From: an uncultured Actinomycetes bacterium
GTDB lineage: Bacteria; Actinomycetota; Acidimicrobiia; IMCC26256; PALSA-610
Assembly (NCBI GenBank): GCA_963729375.1
Contig: CAVSNP010000008.1
Span: 164,392 to 228,391, forward strand
Reading direction: 5' to 3'
Length of the DNA: 64,000 nucleotides
Below, in pieces: positions 11,701-20,519 of the stretch; positions within the stretch are counted from its first letter, which is position 1, and the number at the start of each line of letters is the position of its first letter. The notes below the pieces were generated by a model. That model saw nothing but the letters and a program-made list of their open reading frames with translations. It was not told the origin of the DNA and did no database searches. The position numbers and the translations under genes were made by a program.

Positions 11701-11943
11701 CGACAGTGCCGGGTAGTCCTGGCCCGCGAGCGACGCGAGTGCCGCTTCGAGTCCGGCTGCGGTGCCCGAGGAGACGACAACAGCCACCACCGGCGGCGCG
11801 ACGGCTTCCGGTTCGGGTGCTTCGGTGTCGGACACGTCGGGCCCGGAAACGACGGGCCCGGAAACGACGGGCCCGGAAACGACGGGTTCGGGAACCTCGC
11901 CGGCGCCACCGCGTTTCGACTCGGGGGGCTCCATCGTCTCCAT
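8704..11943 (-). CDS. GT2 glycosyltransferase fused to a large multi-TM (GT-C-like) domain
   Basis: N-terminal GT-A motifs VLDNA, FCHDDV and DDIDLCWR, followed by many hydrophobic helices and a C-terminal extracellular domain. Confidence 0.85.
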   Translation of the reverse strand: METMEPPESKRGGAGEVPEPVVSGPVVSGPVVSGPDVSDTEAPEPEAVAPPVVAVVVSSGTAAGLEAALASLAGQDYPALSVLVLDNAADTDLTARIAAVLPTAYVRRLPAKVGFVAAANEALHTVEGTTFLLFCHDDVAFDPDAVRVMVEEAYRSNAAIVGPKLVDYDHPEVLLEVGMAVDHYAVPFSVIEPGEIDQEQHDGVRDVFFVSHASMLVRADLFRELGGFDAETSPGSDDIDLCWRTRLAGARVLVAPASRVRHQHDVGDEERLTRRQAPGDARAATRARVRVLAKSYSAVALLWVLPSGFVLTLGEAFGLAITRRGRHAVAVIAGWIPRRGGLRDLRRARSATQQMRNVDDGDIRDLMIRGSARFRTLVVQRLHAGDRLADASNRARARMARTRQQLRRSPAILAIFVGVLLAFGSRTLVLQRVPDVGAFQPWPGVGSLWSTFTSPWRYTMVGAAVPATPAFALMAALSSVLVGHGALARTVVVVAAMPLGTWGAYRLVRTLTVSLFAAVVGASAYAANPVGRDAIARGDLGPLVCYALAPFVLHALVRAASNRTSDGPAEPAPATTRATWHRPAHAVLVVGLLGAVAGSVWPPAILLAVMFALVFVVSVPLTGGGRAMLRTAAYAVAGAVISVGLLAPWAGSLIGADASTLGLRARTPVSLGDLLRFDVGPARSGWFTLGLIVAAAVPLLIASGPRLVWATRAWILTLVSFALAWLPTRLSPGAPVAAPEGVLVPAALGLALAAGLGVSALLDDMRRSHFGWRQVSAVAAAVGLALPLLAFAGDTASGRWQLPSSDWPTAVSWMTDLPNVGGFRVLWLGDPSLLPVDAKSVDGIGFGLTRDGAGDARAQWAAPQDAADDQLAAALVAARDGQTARLGHLLAPIGVRYVAVVSRAGPGHGAVVVADPTLVDALTRQLDLSVSRIDDGAIIYSNDAWIPRRAVIPANTTVSATAGTGLETAVRRDATTQPQGVAGPVDNSAPVGPGTLLWAEASSSRWYARSGGRDLARSSAFDWTNAFALPATASVAIQYRAGARPGFLVDVEVAAWLAAIALWWQTRRRRSRHARTMPA
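11839..11883. repeat. 3 x 15-bp in-frame tandem repeat (encodes VVSGP)
   Basis: gggcccggaaacgac repeated three times. Confidence 0.95.
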
Positions 11944-11985
11944 GCGGCCGGTGGACAATAGCCGGGACCCCCAATTCAACTCTGC

Positions 11986-12014
11986 TTGCATTTGTTAGCA
12001 CTTCGGACTATTGT
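11986..12014 (+). promoter_or_regulatory. Sigma-A-like promoter of the HBHA/phasin-like gene
   Basis: TTGCAT-17nt-TATTGT. Confidence 0.55.
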
Positions 12015-12066
12015 CGCGAGCACAGCGGGTGCCTGCAGCGCGCTGACCGATCAAACGGGGAGAACC

Positions 12067-12462
12067 ATGGACGTGCGCAAGACCGTCACCGACGCCGGTT
12101 ACATCGCCATCGGACTGGGCGTGATGGGCTACCAGCAGACCCAGACCCGCCGACGCGAGCTGACCGGCAAGCTCGACACCGTCACGGGCAGCTTCAATGC
12201 CCGTGGCCGCGAGGTACAGGGCTTTCTCGTCGAAAGCGGCCGCCAGGTCGGCGTCCGTGGCGTCGCGGCGCGCGGCCGTGCTGAAGAGCAAGTGCGGACG
12301 ACGGTTTCTCGGGTGCAAGAGATCGGCAACGAGGTCGCCAAGTTCGTCGAGCCCGTCGTCGGCCAGGTGCAGAGCCAGCTCGGCGATCTTCCCGAGCGTG
12401 TCGTGCAGGCGATCGAGCCCGTCGCGGCGCGCGTCCGTGAGCTCACCGGCTCGGCCGCGTAA
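12067..12462 (+). CDS. Hypothetical amphipathic helical protein (HBHA/phasin-like)
   Basis: GGGGAG RBS; MDVRKTVTDAGYIAIGLGVMGYQ followed by a coiled-coil-like sequence. Confidence 0.7.
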   Translation: MDVRKTVTDAGYIAIGLGVMGYQQTQTRRRELTGKLDTVTGSFNARGREVQGFLVESGRQVGVRGVAARGRAEEQVRTTVSRVQEIGNEVAKFVEPVVGQVQSQLGDLPERVVQAIEPVAARVRELTGSAA

Positions 12463-12573
12463 CTGTTCGGCGACGATCCGCCCTGCGTCTTTGGGCCGAA
12501 CCGCTGCCACCGTCCCGACCGCCACCGTCGCCGGGCTCGCACCCAACGACGACCGGCCCGGTACATTCCCGGA

Positions 12574-13512
12574 GTGCTCGTAACCCTTGCCGGTGGTGTC
12601 GGCGCCGCCCGTTTCCTTTCCGGGCTCGTGCGCGCCGTGCCACCCAGCGAGGTGGTCGCAGTCGTCAACACGGGCGACGACGACGAGTTCCACGGGTTGT
12701 ACGTGTCGCCCGATCTCGATTCGGTCACCTACACGTTGGCTGGCGCCGCGAACGTCGCCCAGGGCTGGGGTCTGGAAGGCGAAACCTTCGCAACGCTCGG
12801 CGCGCTCGGCCGCTACGACGTGCCGACCTGGTTCCGGCTCGGCGACAAGGACATCGCGACCCACCTCTATCGGACCGAACGCATGCGCGCCGGGGCCACG
12901 CTCTCGCAGGTCACGGACGAGATCGTGCGGGCGTGGGGACTCGACATGCGTCTGATGCCAATGTCCGACGATCGCGTCCGCACTCGCATCACGGTCGAGC
13001 GTCCGGACGGACGAACGGTCGAGCTCGCGATGCAGGAATGGTTTGTGGGTGAGCGAGCCGAGTCGCCGGTGGTGTCCGTCCGTTTCGACGGCGCCGACAC
13101 CGCCCGCCCCGCGCCGGGCGTGCTCGAAGCGCTCCGCAAGGCCGACACGATCGTGATCTGTCCGTCAAATCCGGTGATCTCGATCGCTCCGATCCTTTCC
13201 CTCCCCGGCGTGCGCCGGGCGCTGGTGGCACGGCGTGCACGGGTGATCGCCATCAGTCCGATCGTCGGGGGCGCGCCCGTGAAAGGCCCGGCCGACCGGC
13301 TGATGGCCCCGCTCGACATCGAAGTGTCATGCGTCGGCGTCGCGCGCGAATACGCCGAGATCTGCGGCGCGCTGGTCATCGACGCGGTCGACGCGCACCT
13401 GGCAGCCGAAGTTGAAGCGACTGGCGTGCGCGCGGTCGTGACGGACACGATGATGCGCAGCCCGGAGATCGCGACCGAGTTGGCGCGTTGTACGCTCGCC
13501 GCAGTTGCCTGA
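12574..13512 (+). CDS. cofD: 2-phospho-L-lactate/phosphoenolpyruvate transferase (F420 biosynthesis)
   Basis: LAGGVGAARFL, VNTGDD, SPDLDSV, WFRLGDKD, PSNPVISI, KGPAD motifs. Confidence 0.96.
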   Translation: MLVTLAGGVGAARFLSGLVRAVPPSEVVAVVNTGDDDEFHGLYVSPDLDSVTYTLAGAANVAQGWGLEGETFATLGALGRYDVPTWFRLGDKDIATHLYRTERMRAGATLSQVTDEIVRAWGLDMRLMPMSDDRVRTRITVERPDGRTVELAMQEWFVGERAESPVVSVRFDGADTARPAPGVLEALRKADTIVICPSNPVISIAPILSLPGVRRALVARRARVIAISPIVGGAPVKGPADRLMAPLDIEVSCVGVAREYAEICGALVIDAVDAHLAAEVEATGVRAVVTDTMMRSPEIATELARCTLAAVA

Positions 13513-13524
13513 TCCGAACGTTCG

Positions 13525-14238
13525 GTGACCGCCGCCCTTTCAATCATGCCGATCGCCGGTATCGGCGAGATCCGGCCCGGCGACGAACTCGCGGACCTGA
13601 TCGCAGACGCCGCAGATGCGCAAGGGACGCCGCTCGTGGACCGCGACTGCCTCGTGGTCACTCAGAAGATTGTCTCGAAAGCAGAAGGGCGGTTGGTGCC
13701 GCTCGACCCACTCGACCGCGAGGCGCGACGACGACTCGTGGAATCGGAGTCGGCACGCATCGTGCGCACGCGCGGCGATCTCATCATCAGCGAAACCCAT
13801 CATGGATTCGTGTGCGCGAACGCTGGGATCGACCTGTCCAACGTCGCCGAGGGATGGGCCGCGCTGTTGCCCGTCGACTCGGACCGATCGGCGAAGCATG
13901 TGCGCGACGCGTTGCGGGCCCGTGCGGGCGTCGAGGTCGCGGTCGTCGTGTCGGACACGTTCGGCCGGCCGTGGCGTCAGGGCCTGACCGACGTTGCCAT
14001 CGGCGTGAGCGGCATTGGGGCGGTGGTCGACCTGCGCGACACGCCCGATGCGCTCGGGCGCACGCTCGTCGTGACCGAAGTGGCGATCGCCGACGAGATC
14101 GCGTCCGCGGCCGAGCTCGTGATGGGCAAAGCCGCCAGCATTCCGGTGGCGATCGTGCGCGGTCTCGATCCGAGTTGGTTCGGTGAGGGCTCGGCACGCC
14201 AACTCGTTCGACCGTCCCACGAAGACCTGTTCCGATGA
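13525..14238 (+). CDS. cofE: Coenzyme F420-0:L-glutamate ligase
   Basis: VTQKIVSKAEGR, CANAGIDLSN, SDTFGRPWRQG motifs; ends EDLFR. Confidence 0.96.
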   Translation: MTAALSIMPIAGIGEIRPGDELADLIADAADAQGTPLVDRDCLVVTQKIVSKAEGRLVPLDPLDREARRRLVESESARIVRTRGDLIISETHHGFVCANAGIDLSNVAEGWAALLPVDSDRSAKHVRDALRARAGVEVAVVVSDTFGRPWRQGLTDVAIGVSGIGAVVDLRDTPDALGRTLVVTEVAIADEIASAAELVMGKAASIPVAIVRGLDPSWFGEGSARQLVRPSHEDLFR

Positions 14239-14852
14239 ACACGACCGCACGCATCCCCGCGTTCATCGAGCACCGCCGCTCGATTCGAGCTTTCACGGCA
14301 GATCCGGTCGATCGCGTGCTGCTCGACTCGTTGGTGGAGGCCGCCTGCGTGGCGCCCGCGCCTCATCATTCGCGGCCGTGGCGCTTCGTGGTGATCGACA
14401 CGGAGGCCGCCAAGACCGCGCTCGCGCTCGGCATGGGCGAACGTTGGCGAACCGACCTCATCGCAGACGGCGTCGGGCCCGCCCGCGTCGACGCGATGGT
14501 GCAGGCGTCGCACGACAAGCTCACGACTGCGCCCGCGCTCGTGCTCGCGTGTCTCACCTGGGACGGACTCGATCGCTACCCCGACGAGCGACGTCAGCGG
14601 GCCGAGTGGGGCATGGCATTGCTCTCGCTCGGTGCCGCGGTCGAGAACCTCATGTTGGGCGCGACCGACGCCGGGCTCGCGTCGTGTTGGGTCGCGGCTC
14701 CGATCTTCTGCCCCGAGGAAGCGCGCGACGCACTCGCGCTCCCCCACGCCTGGCTCCCGCACGCGCTGGTGCTCGTCGGTTACGCCGACGCGAGTTACGT
14801 GGCGCGCGAACGACCGCCCGTCCCGCTCGAGTCCCTCCGCCTCAACCGGTAA
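14235..14852 (+). CDS. Nitroreductase-family protein (FbiB C-terminal-like, probable dehydro-F420 reductase)
   Basis: RRSIRAF, APAPHHSRPWRF, RYPDERR, GAAVENL, GLASCW motifs; ATGA overlap with cofE. Confidence 0.85.
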   Translation: MNTTARIPAFIEHRRSIRAFTADPVDRVLLDSLVEAACVAPAPHHSRPWRFVVIDTEAAKTALALGMGERWRTDLIADGVGPARVDAMVQASHDKLTTAPALVLACLTWDGLDRYPDERRQRAEWGMALLSLGAAVENLMLGATDAGLASCWVAAPIFCPEEARDALALPHAWLPHALVLVGYADASYVARERPPVPLESLRLNR

Positions 14853-14873
14853 GGCGCTCGCTGCGCCGCTGAT

Positions 14874-15828
14874 CTAGCGCGACCCCGCAATCTGGCCCTT
14901 GAAATGTTCGAGGGTCGAGCGCGACGCCTTCTTCGACACTCGTCCAAGGTTCCCAGCCGAGGTGCACGCCCGCTCGGCTGGGATCGAGCGCGCTGCGCTG
15001 CACCTCTCCCGGCCGGGGCGGGTCGTACCGCGCTTGCTGCTTGAAGCCAGTCAGTTTCGCCATCACGTCGAAGAGCTGTTGCACGCTCGTCTCGACACCG
15101 GTCCCGATGTTCATCAACAGCCCGCCGCCTTTGTCGACGGCGCGAACGAACGCGTCGACGACATCGTCGACGTAGACGAAGTCGCGGGTTTGCGAACCGT
15201 CGCCGTATATCACCGGACGTTCGTGGCTGAGCAGCTTGCCGGCAAAGATGGAGACCACTCCCGCCTCGCCGTGCGGATCCTGACGGGGGCCGTAGACATT
15301 GGCGAGCGCCAGCGCCGTGTACTCGAGCCCGCGAACCGTCCGGTAGTAGTACAGGTAGTCGCCGGCCGACTTCTTGGCGACGCCGTACGGCGACTCGGGA
15401 ACTTGGGGTTGCCCTTCGCGGACGGGGATCTCGTCGGTCGTGCCGTACAGCGTGCCGCCCGACGCCGCGAAGAGCACCTTGGTCGTTCCGGCTGCGAGCG
15501 CGCCCTCGCAGATGTTGATCGTGCCGAGAATGTTGACGGTGGCGTCGAACGCCGGCCGCGCGACCGAGACGCGGACGTCGGCCTGGGCCGCAAGATGGAA
15601 TACGACATCGGGGCGCCGGTGGCCGACCAGTTCGATCACTGAGGGAGACGCGACGTCGATGCGGTGGAACGAGAAGCGCCGATCTGCTTGCGATCGTGCG
15701 GTCGCGAGATTCGCGAGTGAGCCGGTCGACAGGTCGTCGACCGCGTCGACGTTCCAACCTTCGGCGAGGAGTCGATCGACGAGCGTCGAGCCGATGAAGC
15801 CCGCGCCTCCGGTCACCATTGCTTTCAT
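14874..15828 (-). CDS. NAD-dependent epimerase (UDP-glucose 4-epimerase-like), frameshift near 3' end
   Basis: MKAMVTGGAGFIGS, HLAAQADVRVS, YGVAK, NVYGPRQDPHGEAGVV motifs. Confidence 0.9.
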
Positions 15829-16110
15829 CACAGTTCGGTTTGGGGTGTCATGGAGGGTCCGAACGCCGGGCTGTACGAGGGCGGCCGGAGCGTAGCGGAG
15901 GGTTCTGCCGGCCGATTCCGGCGCGTGCTTCGGGACGGTTCGGCGCCGGCCGGTCCGACGACGCCATGTTTGGTCGGTGTTGGCGTGCGCGGTGGTGGTC
16001 CGTGGCGGGGCCGCCGGCGGCGGATGAGCATCGTGGGGTGCCGTCCAGACGTGCGGTCTGCGGACGCGCCCGCGACTCGGAGTTGATTTCCGCGGCGGGC
16101 GAGATGCTGA

Positions 16111-16702
16111 GTGCCCGCATCGCGCCGACGAGCGCCGGTTCGTCAGGCCGCCCTTGTCGTCGTCAACGGCGCGGCCGGCATCGGCACATCCACACCGTGT
16201 GCTCGGCTCGCGGGAACAATTCCCGGCGCGGTCCTGCTCGACGCCGTCATCGGCGCCGAGGACCTCGTCAGCGTCGTCTCGCCGAACCACGACGACCCGG
16301 CTTTTGGCGGTCGATGATGCGACTCGCTCACGAACCCGCCCAGAACACTGTGGTGGTCGTGTACTTCGCGGTGATGCTGTCGGCACGACTCCTCGCCGAC
16401 CGCGACGTGCTCAGCTCCTTCGACTCGGTGCACTTCGGTTGCTTGACCGGTCCACCTGAGGTGCTGGGCGCGCACGCCTTGCCCGCCGCGAGGGAACCAG
16501 CGCGGCGACCGCACGGGTCGAGGTGTGGCTCGCGTTCGACCGCGCGCTGGTCGCAGCCGCGCACGAGAGACCGACGGCTGCAGTCGTCGTTACCGGCCGC
16601 ACGATCGACGAAATCGACCATGACGTGTCGCACTGGGTCAACATCCAGCTTCACCGGCGCGGGTCGCTCAGGACAGACTCGACCGCGTCAGCGAGCGTGT
16701 GA
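16111..16702 (+). pseudogene. Degraded P-loop nucleoside/nucleotide kinase-like gene
   Basis: LVVVNGAAGIGTST (Walker A Lys replaced by Thr), VLLDA, a lid-like RARLARR and C-terminal GRTIDEIDHDVSHWV, spread over three frames. Confidence 0.55.
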
Positions 16703-16739
16703 CACCGACCAGGCGATCCTTCATCACGCTACGGGGACG

Positions 16740-17842
16740 CTACTCGCGCTCGGACGGATACCGGCCAGCCGAGATTCGGGTACCCGACGCGATGGTGGAG
16801 TCGGCACCGACGAGGGTGTTCTCGGTCAGCATCACGTTGGGTTTGACGACGGTGTGGCGACCGACGACGGAGTGGTCGATGGTGCTGTCGTGCGAGATCC
16901 GAGCTTCGGCGTGCAAAACCGCGACTTCGAGCACCGCGCCCGGCTCCACGATCGAACCGGCGCCGAGCACCGAGCCGCGCACCCGGGCGCCCGAATGCAC
17001 ATGTGCGCTCGGGCCGAGCAACGCCGGCGCCAACACCGTCGCGCCCGGTTCGATGGTGGCGTCGCCTTGGGTCCAAATGCCTTCCGAGAGCTCGTGTGCG
17101 CCGGGCGTCGGGGGTCGGCCGACGCAGCCGCGCAACACGTCGCTGTGTGCGAGCAAATATTTTTCGGGCGTGCCGATGTCGAGCCAGTACGCGTCGCTAC
17201 GGAACCCGAACAAGCGTCCTGGGTGCTCGAGCAGTCGAGGGAAGGTTTCGCGCTCCACCGAGACGTTCAGTCGGGGTGGGATCCGGTCGAGGAATGACGG
17301 TTCGAGCACGTAGGTGCCTGCGTTGATCCAGTCGCTGGGGGCGCTGCCGGGCGCCGGTTTCTCGACGAACGCGATGACGCCGCCATCGGACGCGGTCGGG
17401 ACCACACCAAACGCGCGTCGGATCCTCGACCCGGGTGAGGCGCGATCGTCACTTCGGCGTCGCGCTCGTCGTGGAAGTTCACCATCGCACTGAGATCGAG
17501 ACCGGTCAGCACGTCGCCGTTGCACACGACGAAGCGCTCGTCGATACCTGTGGCGGCAAATCGGATCGCGCCGGCGGTGCCGAGCGGATGGTCTTCGACC
17601 GCGTAGCGCAGACGCAAACCGCGGAAGGTGTCGTGGCCAGACTCGTCGCGGAAGTGCGCGTGAAAGGCATCGGGGAGGTATGCCATCGACAAGACCACCT
17701 CGTCGACGCCGTGGTCGGCGAGCCATACGAGCTGGCGCTCGAGGAAGGGCTGATTCGCGATTGGAAGCAGGGGCTTCGGAGTCGTGAACGTCAACGGCCG
17801 CAGCCGTGACCCCTCTCCGCCAACGAGGACGACGGCCTTCAT
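16740..17842 (-). CDS. manC: Mannose-1-phosphate guanylyltransferase / NDP-sugar synthase, frameshifted
   Basis: MKAVVLVGGEGSRLRPLTFTTPKPLLP, FVEKP, INAGTY, WLDIGTP, C-terminal hexapeptide repeats. Confidence 0.9.
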
Positions 17843-17858
17843 GGGGCCGAGGTTGTGC

Positions 17859-18783
17859 TCACAGGCACACGCTAGCCGTCGGCGTGCGACGAGGGTGATG
17901 ACGACTGGACGACCGCCATGCGTGCGCACCCATCGCGAGCAGAGCGCGAACCGCGAAGTAGACGGCAGCCAACGGAAGGAGGGCCGCGCGCAACCGGTGA
18001 GGCGAGACTGCGCGAATCGCCACGCCGACCGATGATGCTCGACCAACATCCGGTACGGCCGCCGCGACGCGCTGGCACCCTGGGCGTGGACGACGACGGC
18101 CGCGGGCTGGTACGCGACCTCCCAGCCGGCGTGGCGGAGTCGCCAACACAAGTCGGTGTCCTCCACATACATGAAGTAGCGTTCGTCCCAACCGCCGACC
18201 TGGTCGAGCGCCGATCGCCGCAGCCAGATCGCGGCACCCGACACCCAGTCGACGAGACGGGGGACAGCCGGGTCGGCGTTGAGTTGTCGATATCGGACCG
18301 TGAACGGATTCCTCGGCCACCAAAGGCCGAAGCAGTCCGTGACCGACCGCGACCGGGATCGACGGAAACGTTCGGCCCGTCGGATAGTCGGAACCGTCGA
18401 GGTTGCGCAGCCGCGGCCCGCATGCAGCCAGCCGAGGCTCACCGAGGAGGCGGTCGACGAGCGGCGCGGCCGCGCCCGCCTCGAGCACGATGTCGGGATT
18501 GAGGACCGCGACGATCGGCGCGGTCGGTCGCGGCCGTGCCGAGATTGGCGGCGCGGGCATAGCCGACGTTCCCGGGTGCTCGCACGACCCGCACGTCGGC
18601 AATCACGGCGCGGAGGTCGGCGATCGATCCGTCCTGAGAGCCGTTGTCGACCACGACGAGATCAACCGGCCCGGCGCTCGTATCGGCGAGGACCGAGCGC
18701 ACACAGTCCATGAGGAGCGGGCCCGCCTCGTAGTTGACGACGACCGCGGCCCAGGCCGGCCGCTGCGATTCGGGATCGGCCAA
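17859..18783 (-). CDS. GT2 glycosyltransferase (WbbL-like), frameshifted
   Basis: [50 protein letters not shown] motifs. Confidence 0.85.
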
Positions 18784-18790
18784 ACCTTGA

Positions 18791-19519
18791 TCAATCGGCA
18801 AAACGGAACTTGGCCAGCGTCCACAACGCCGCGAAGCCATCTCGCCACGTGATCTTCTTGCCTTCGTCGAACTCTCGGCCCATGTACGAGATCGGAACCT
18901 CGTAGATGCGAATCCGACGTCTTGAGGATCTTGGCGGTGATTTCCGGTTCGAAGTCGAAGCGACGGCAGCGCAGCCGCAGGTCGAGCAACAACTCGCGGT
19001 CGACGAGCTTGTGGCAGGTCTCCATGTCGGAGAGGGTCGAGTTGTACAACACGTTCGTGACGAACGACAGCATCCGGTTGCCGATCCAATGCAGGAACAG
19101 CATGTTGCGGCGCTCGCCGGTGAAACGTGAGCCGTAGACCACCTGAGCTCTTCCTCGCAGACCGGCGCGAGCGAGCTTCGGCCAGTCCTCCGGGTCGTAC
19201 TCGAGGTCGGCGTCTTGGATCAGGACATAGTCGCCGGTGACGCGACTCGTCAGTCCGGTGCGCACCGCCGCGCCCTTCCCGCGGTTGTCGTCGTGTAACA
19301 GGATGCGCACGTGCTGTCGCGGAGCTGATTGAGCACGTCGCGGGTCCCGTCGTTGCTGCCGTCGTCGACGACGATAATCTCGCGATCGAGCCCGTCGGGA
19401 AGCTCGACGGCCGCGCATGCGTCGCAGGACCTCCACGACCGTGTTGCGCTCATTGAAGACCGGAACGATGACCGACAGCTTGCGGAGTCTTCGGTGGCGT
19501 GCGGTCAGGCTACGTCCAC
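18791..19519 (-). CDS. GT2, polyprenyl-phosphate glycosyltransferase (DPM1-like), frameshifted; start approximate
   Basis: [60 protein letters not shown] motifs. Confidence 0.85.
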
Positions 19520-20450
19520 GGGCTCGCTCCTCCAAGTACCAGGCGTGTGTGCGCTCAGCCCTTCGCGGAGCTCGATCTTCGGCTCCCAGCCCAAGAGCTG
19601 TTGCACCCGTGTGATGTCGGGCTGACGTCTCGTCGGATCGCCGACGGGCAACGTTTCGAACACGAGCTCGGAGGTGGCGCCGGCGACGTCGCAACGACCG
19701 CGGCGAGCTCCAGCACGTGTACTCGACCGGGTTTCCGATGTTGACCGGCTCGACGATCTGAGAATCGAACAACGCGAGGATTCCGCGGACCTCGTCTTCG
19801 ACGAAGCAGAACGAACGGGTCTGCGTCCCTTCGCCGTACACCGTGAGCGGCTCGCCCGCGATCGCCTGCACCAAAAAATTCGACACGACCCGTCCGTCGG
19901 CTGGACGCAGACGAGGACCGTAGGTGTTGAAAATGCGTACGATTCGAGTGGGAAGACCGTACAGGCGGTGGTAGGTCATCGTGAGCGTCTCCGCGAAACG
20001 CTTCGCTTCGTCGTACACGGCGCGGGGACCGACTGGATCCACATTTCCGAAGTAGCTTTCCGGCTGCGGGTGCACGAGAGGGTCTCCGTAGACCTCGCTG
20101 GTCGACGCGAGCAGGAACGGCGCGTCGTTCGCGTGTGCGAGGTCCAGCGCACGTCGCGTTCCGATCGAACTCACATCGAGGGTCTCGAGCGGCATCGACA
20201 GATACTCGGGCGGGCTCGCCGGGCTGGCCAGGTGCAAGACGCCGTCGACGGGACCGCCGACCGGGATCTCCTGGACGACGTCGGCGACGACGAGCTCGAA
20301 ATCCGAGCGTTCCATCAGGTGGTCGACGTTTTCGACACTGCTCGTCGAGAAGTTATCGACTGCGACCACCGCGTCGCCGCGTTCAAGCAGCGCCTCGCAG
20401 AGGTGCGAACCGACGAACCCGGCGCCGCCGGTCACCACGATTCGGCTCAT
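19505..20450 (-). CDS. UDP-glucuronate decarboxylase (UDP-xylose synthase)-like SDR, frameshifted; end approximate
   Basis: [56 protein letters not shown] motifs. Confidence 0.85.
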
Positions 20451-20519
20451 CGGCTTTTGTCCTTCATCGTTCTCCAACTCATCGGCACCGCGGACGCGTC
20501 CATTCGAGCTTGGTCGACC

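Noticed and set aside
9007-11961. Long antisense and alternate-frame ORFs (984 aa, 913 aa and similar throughout, including 1..687)
   Set aside because: Arg/Ala/Pro-rich shadows of real genes, expected in high-GC DNA, with no motifs.
11995-12021. TTAGCACTT resembling a CIRCE half-site
   Set aside because: The second arm (GAGTGCTAA after 9 nt) is absent.
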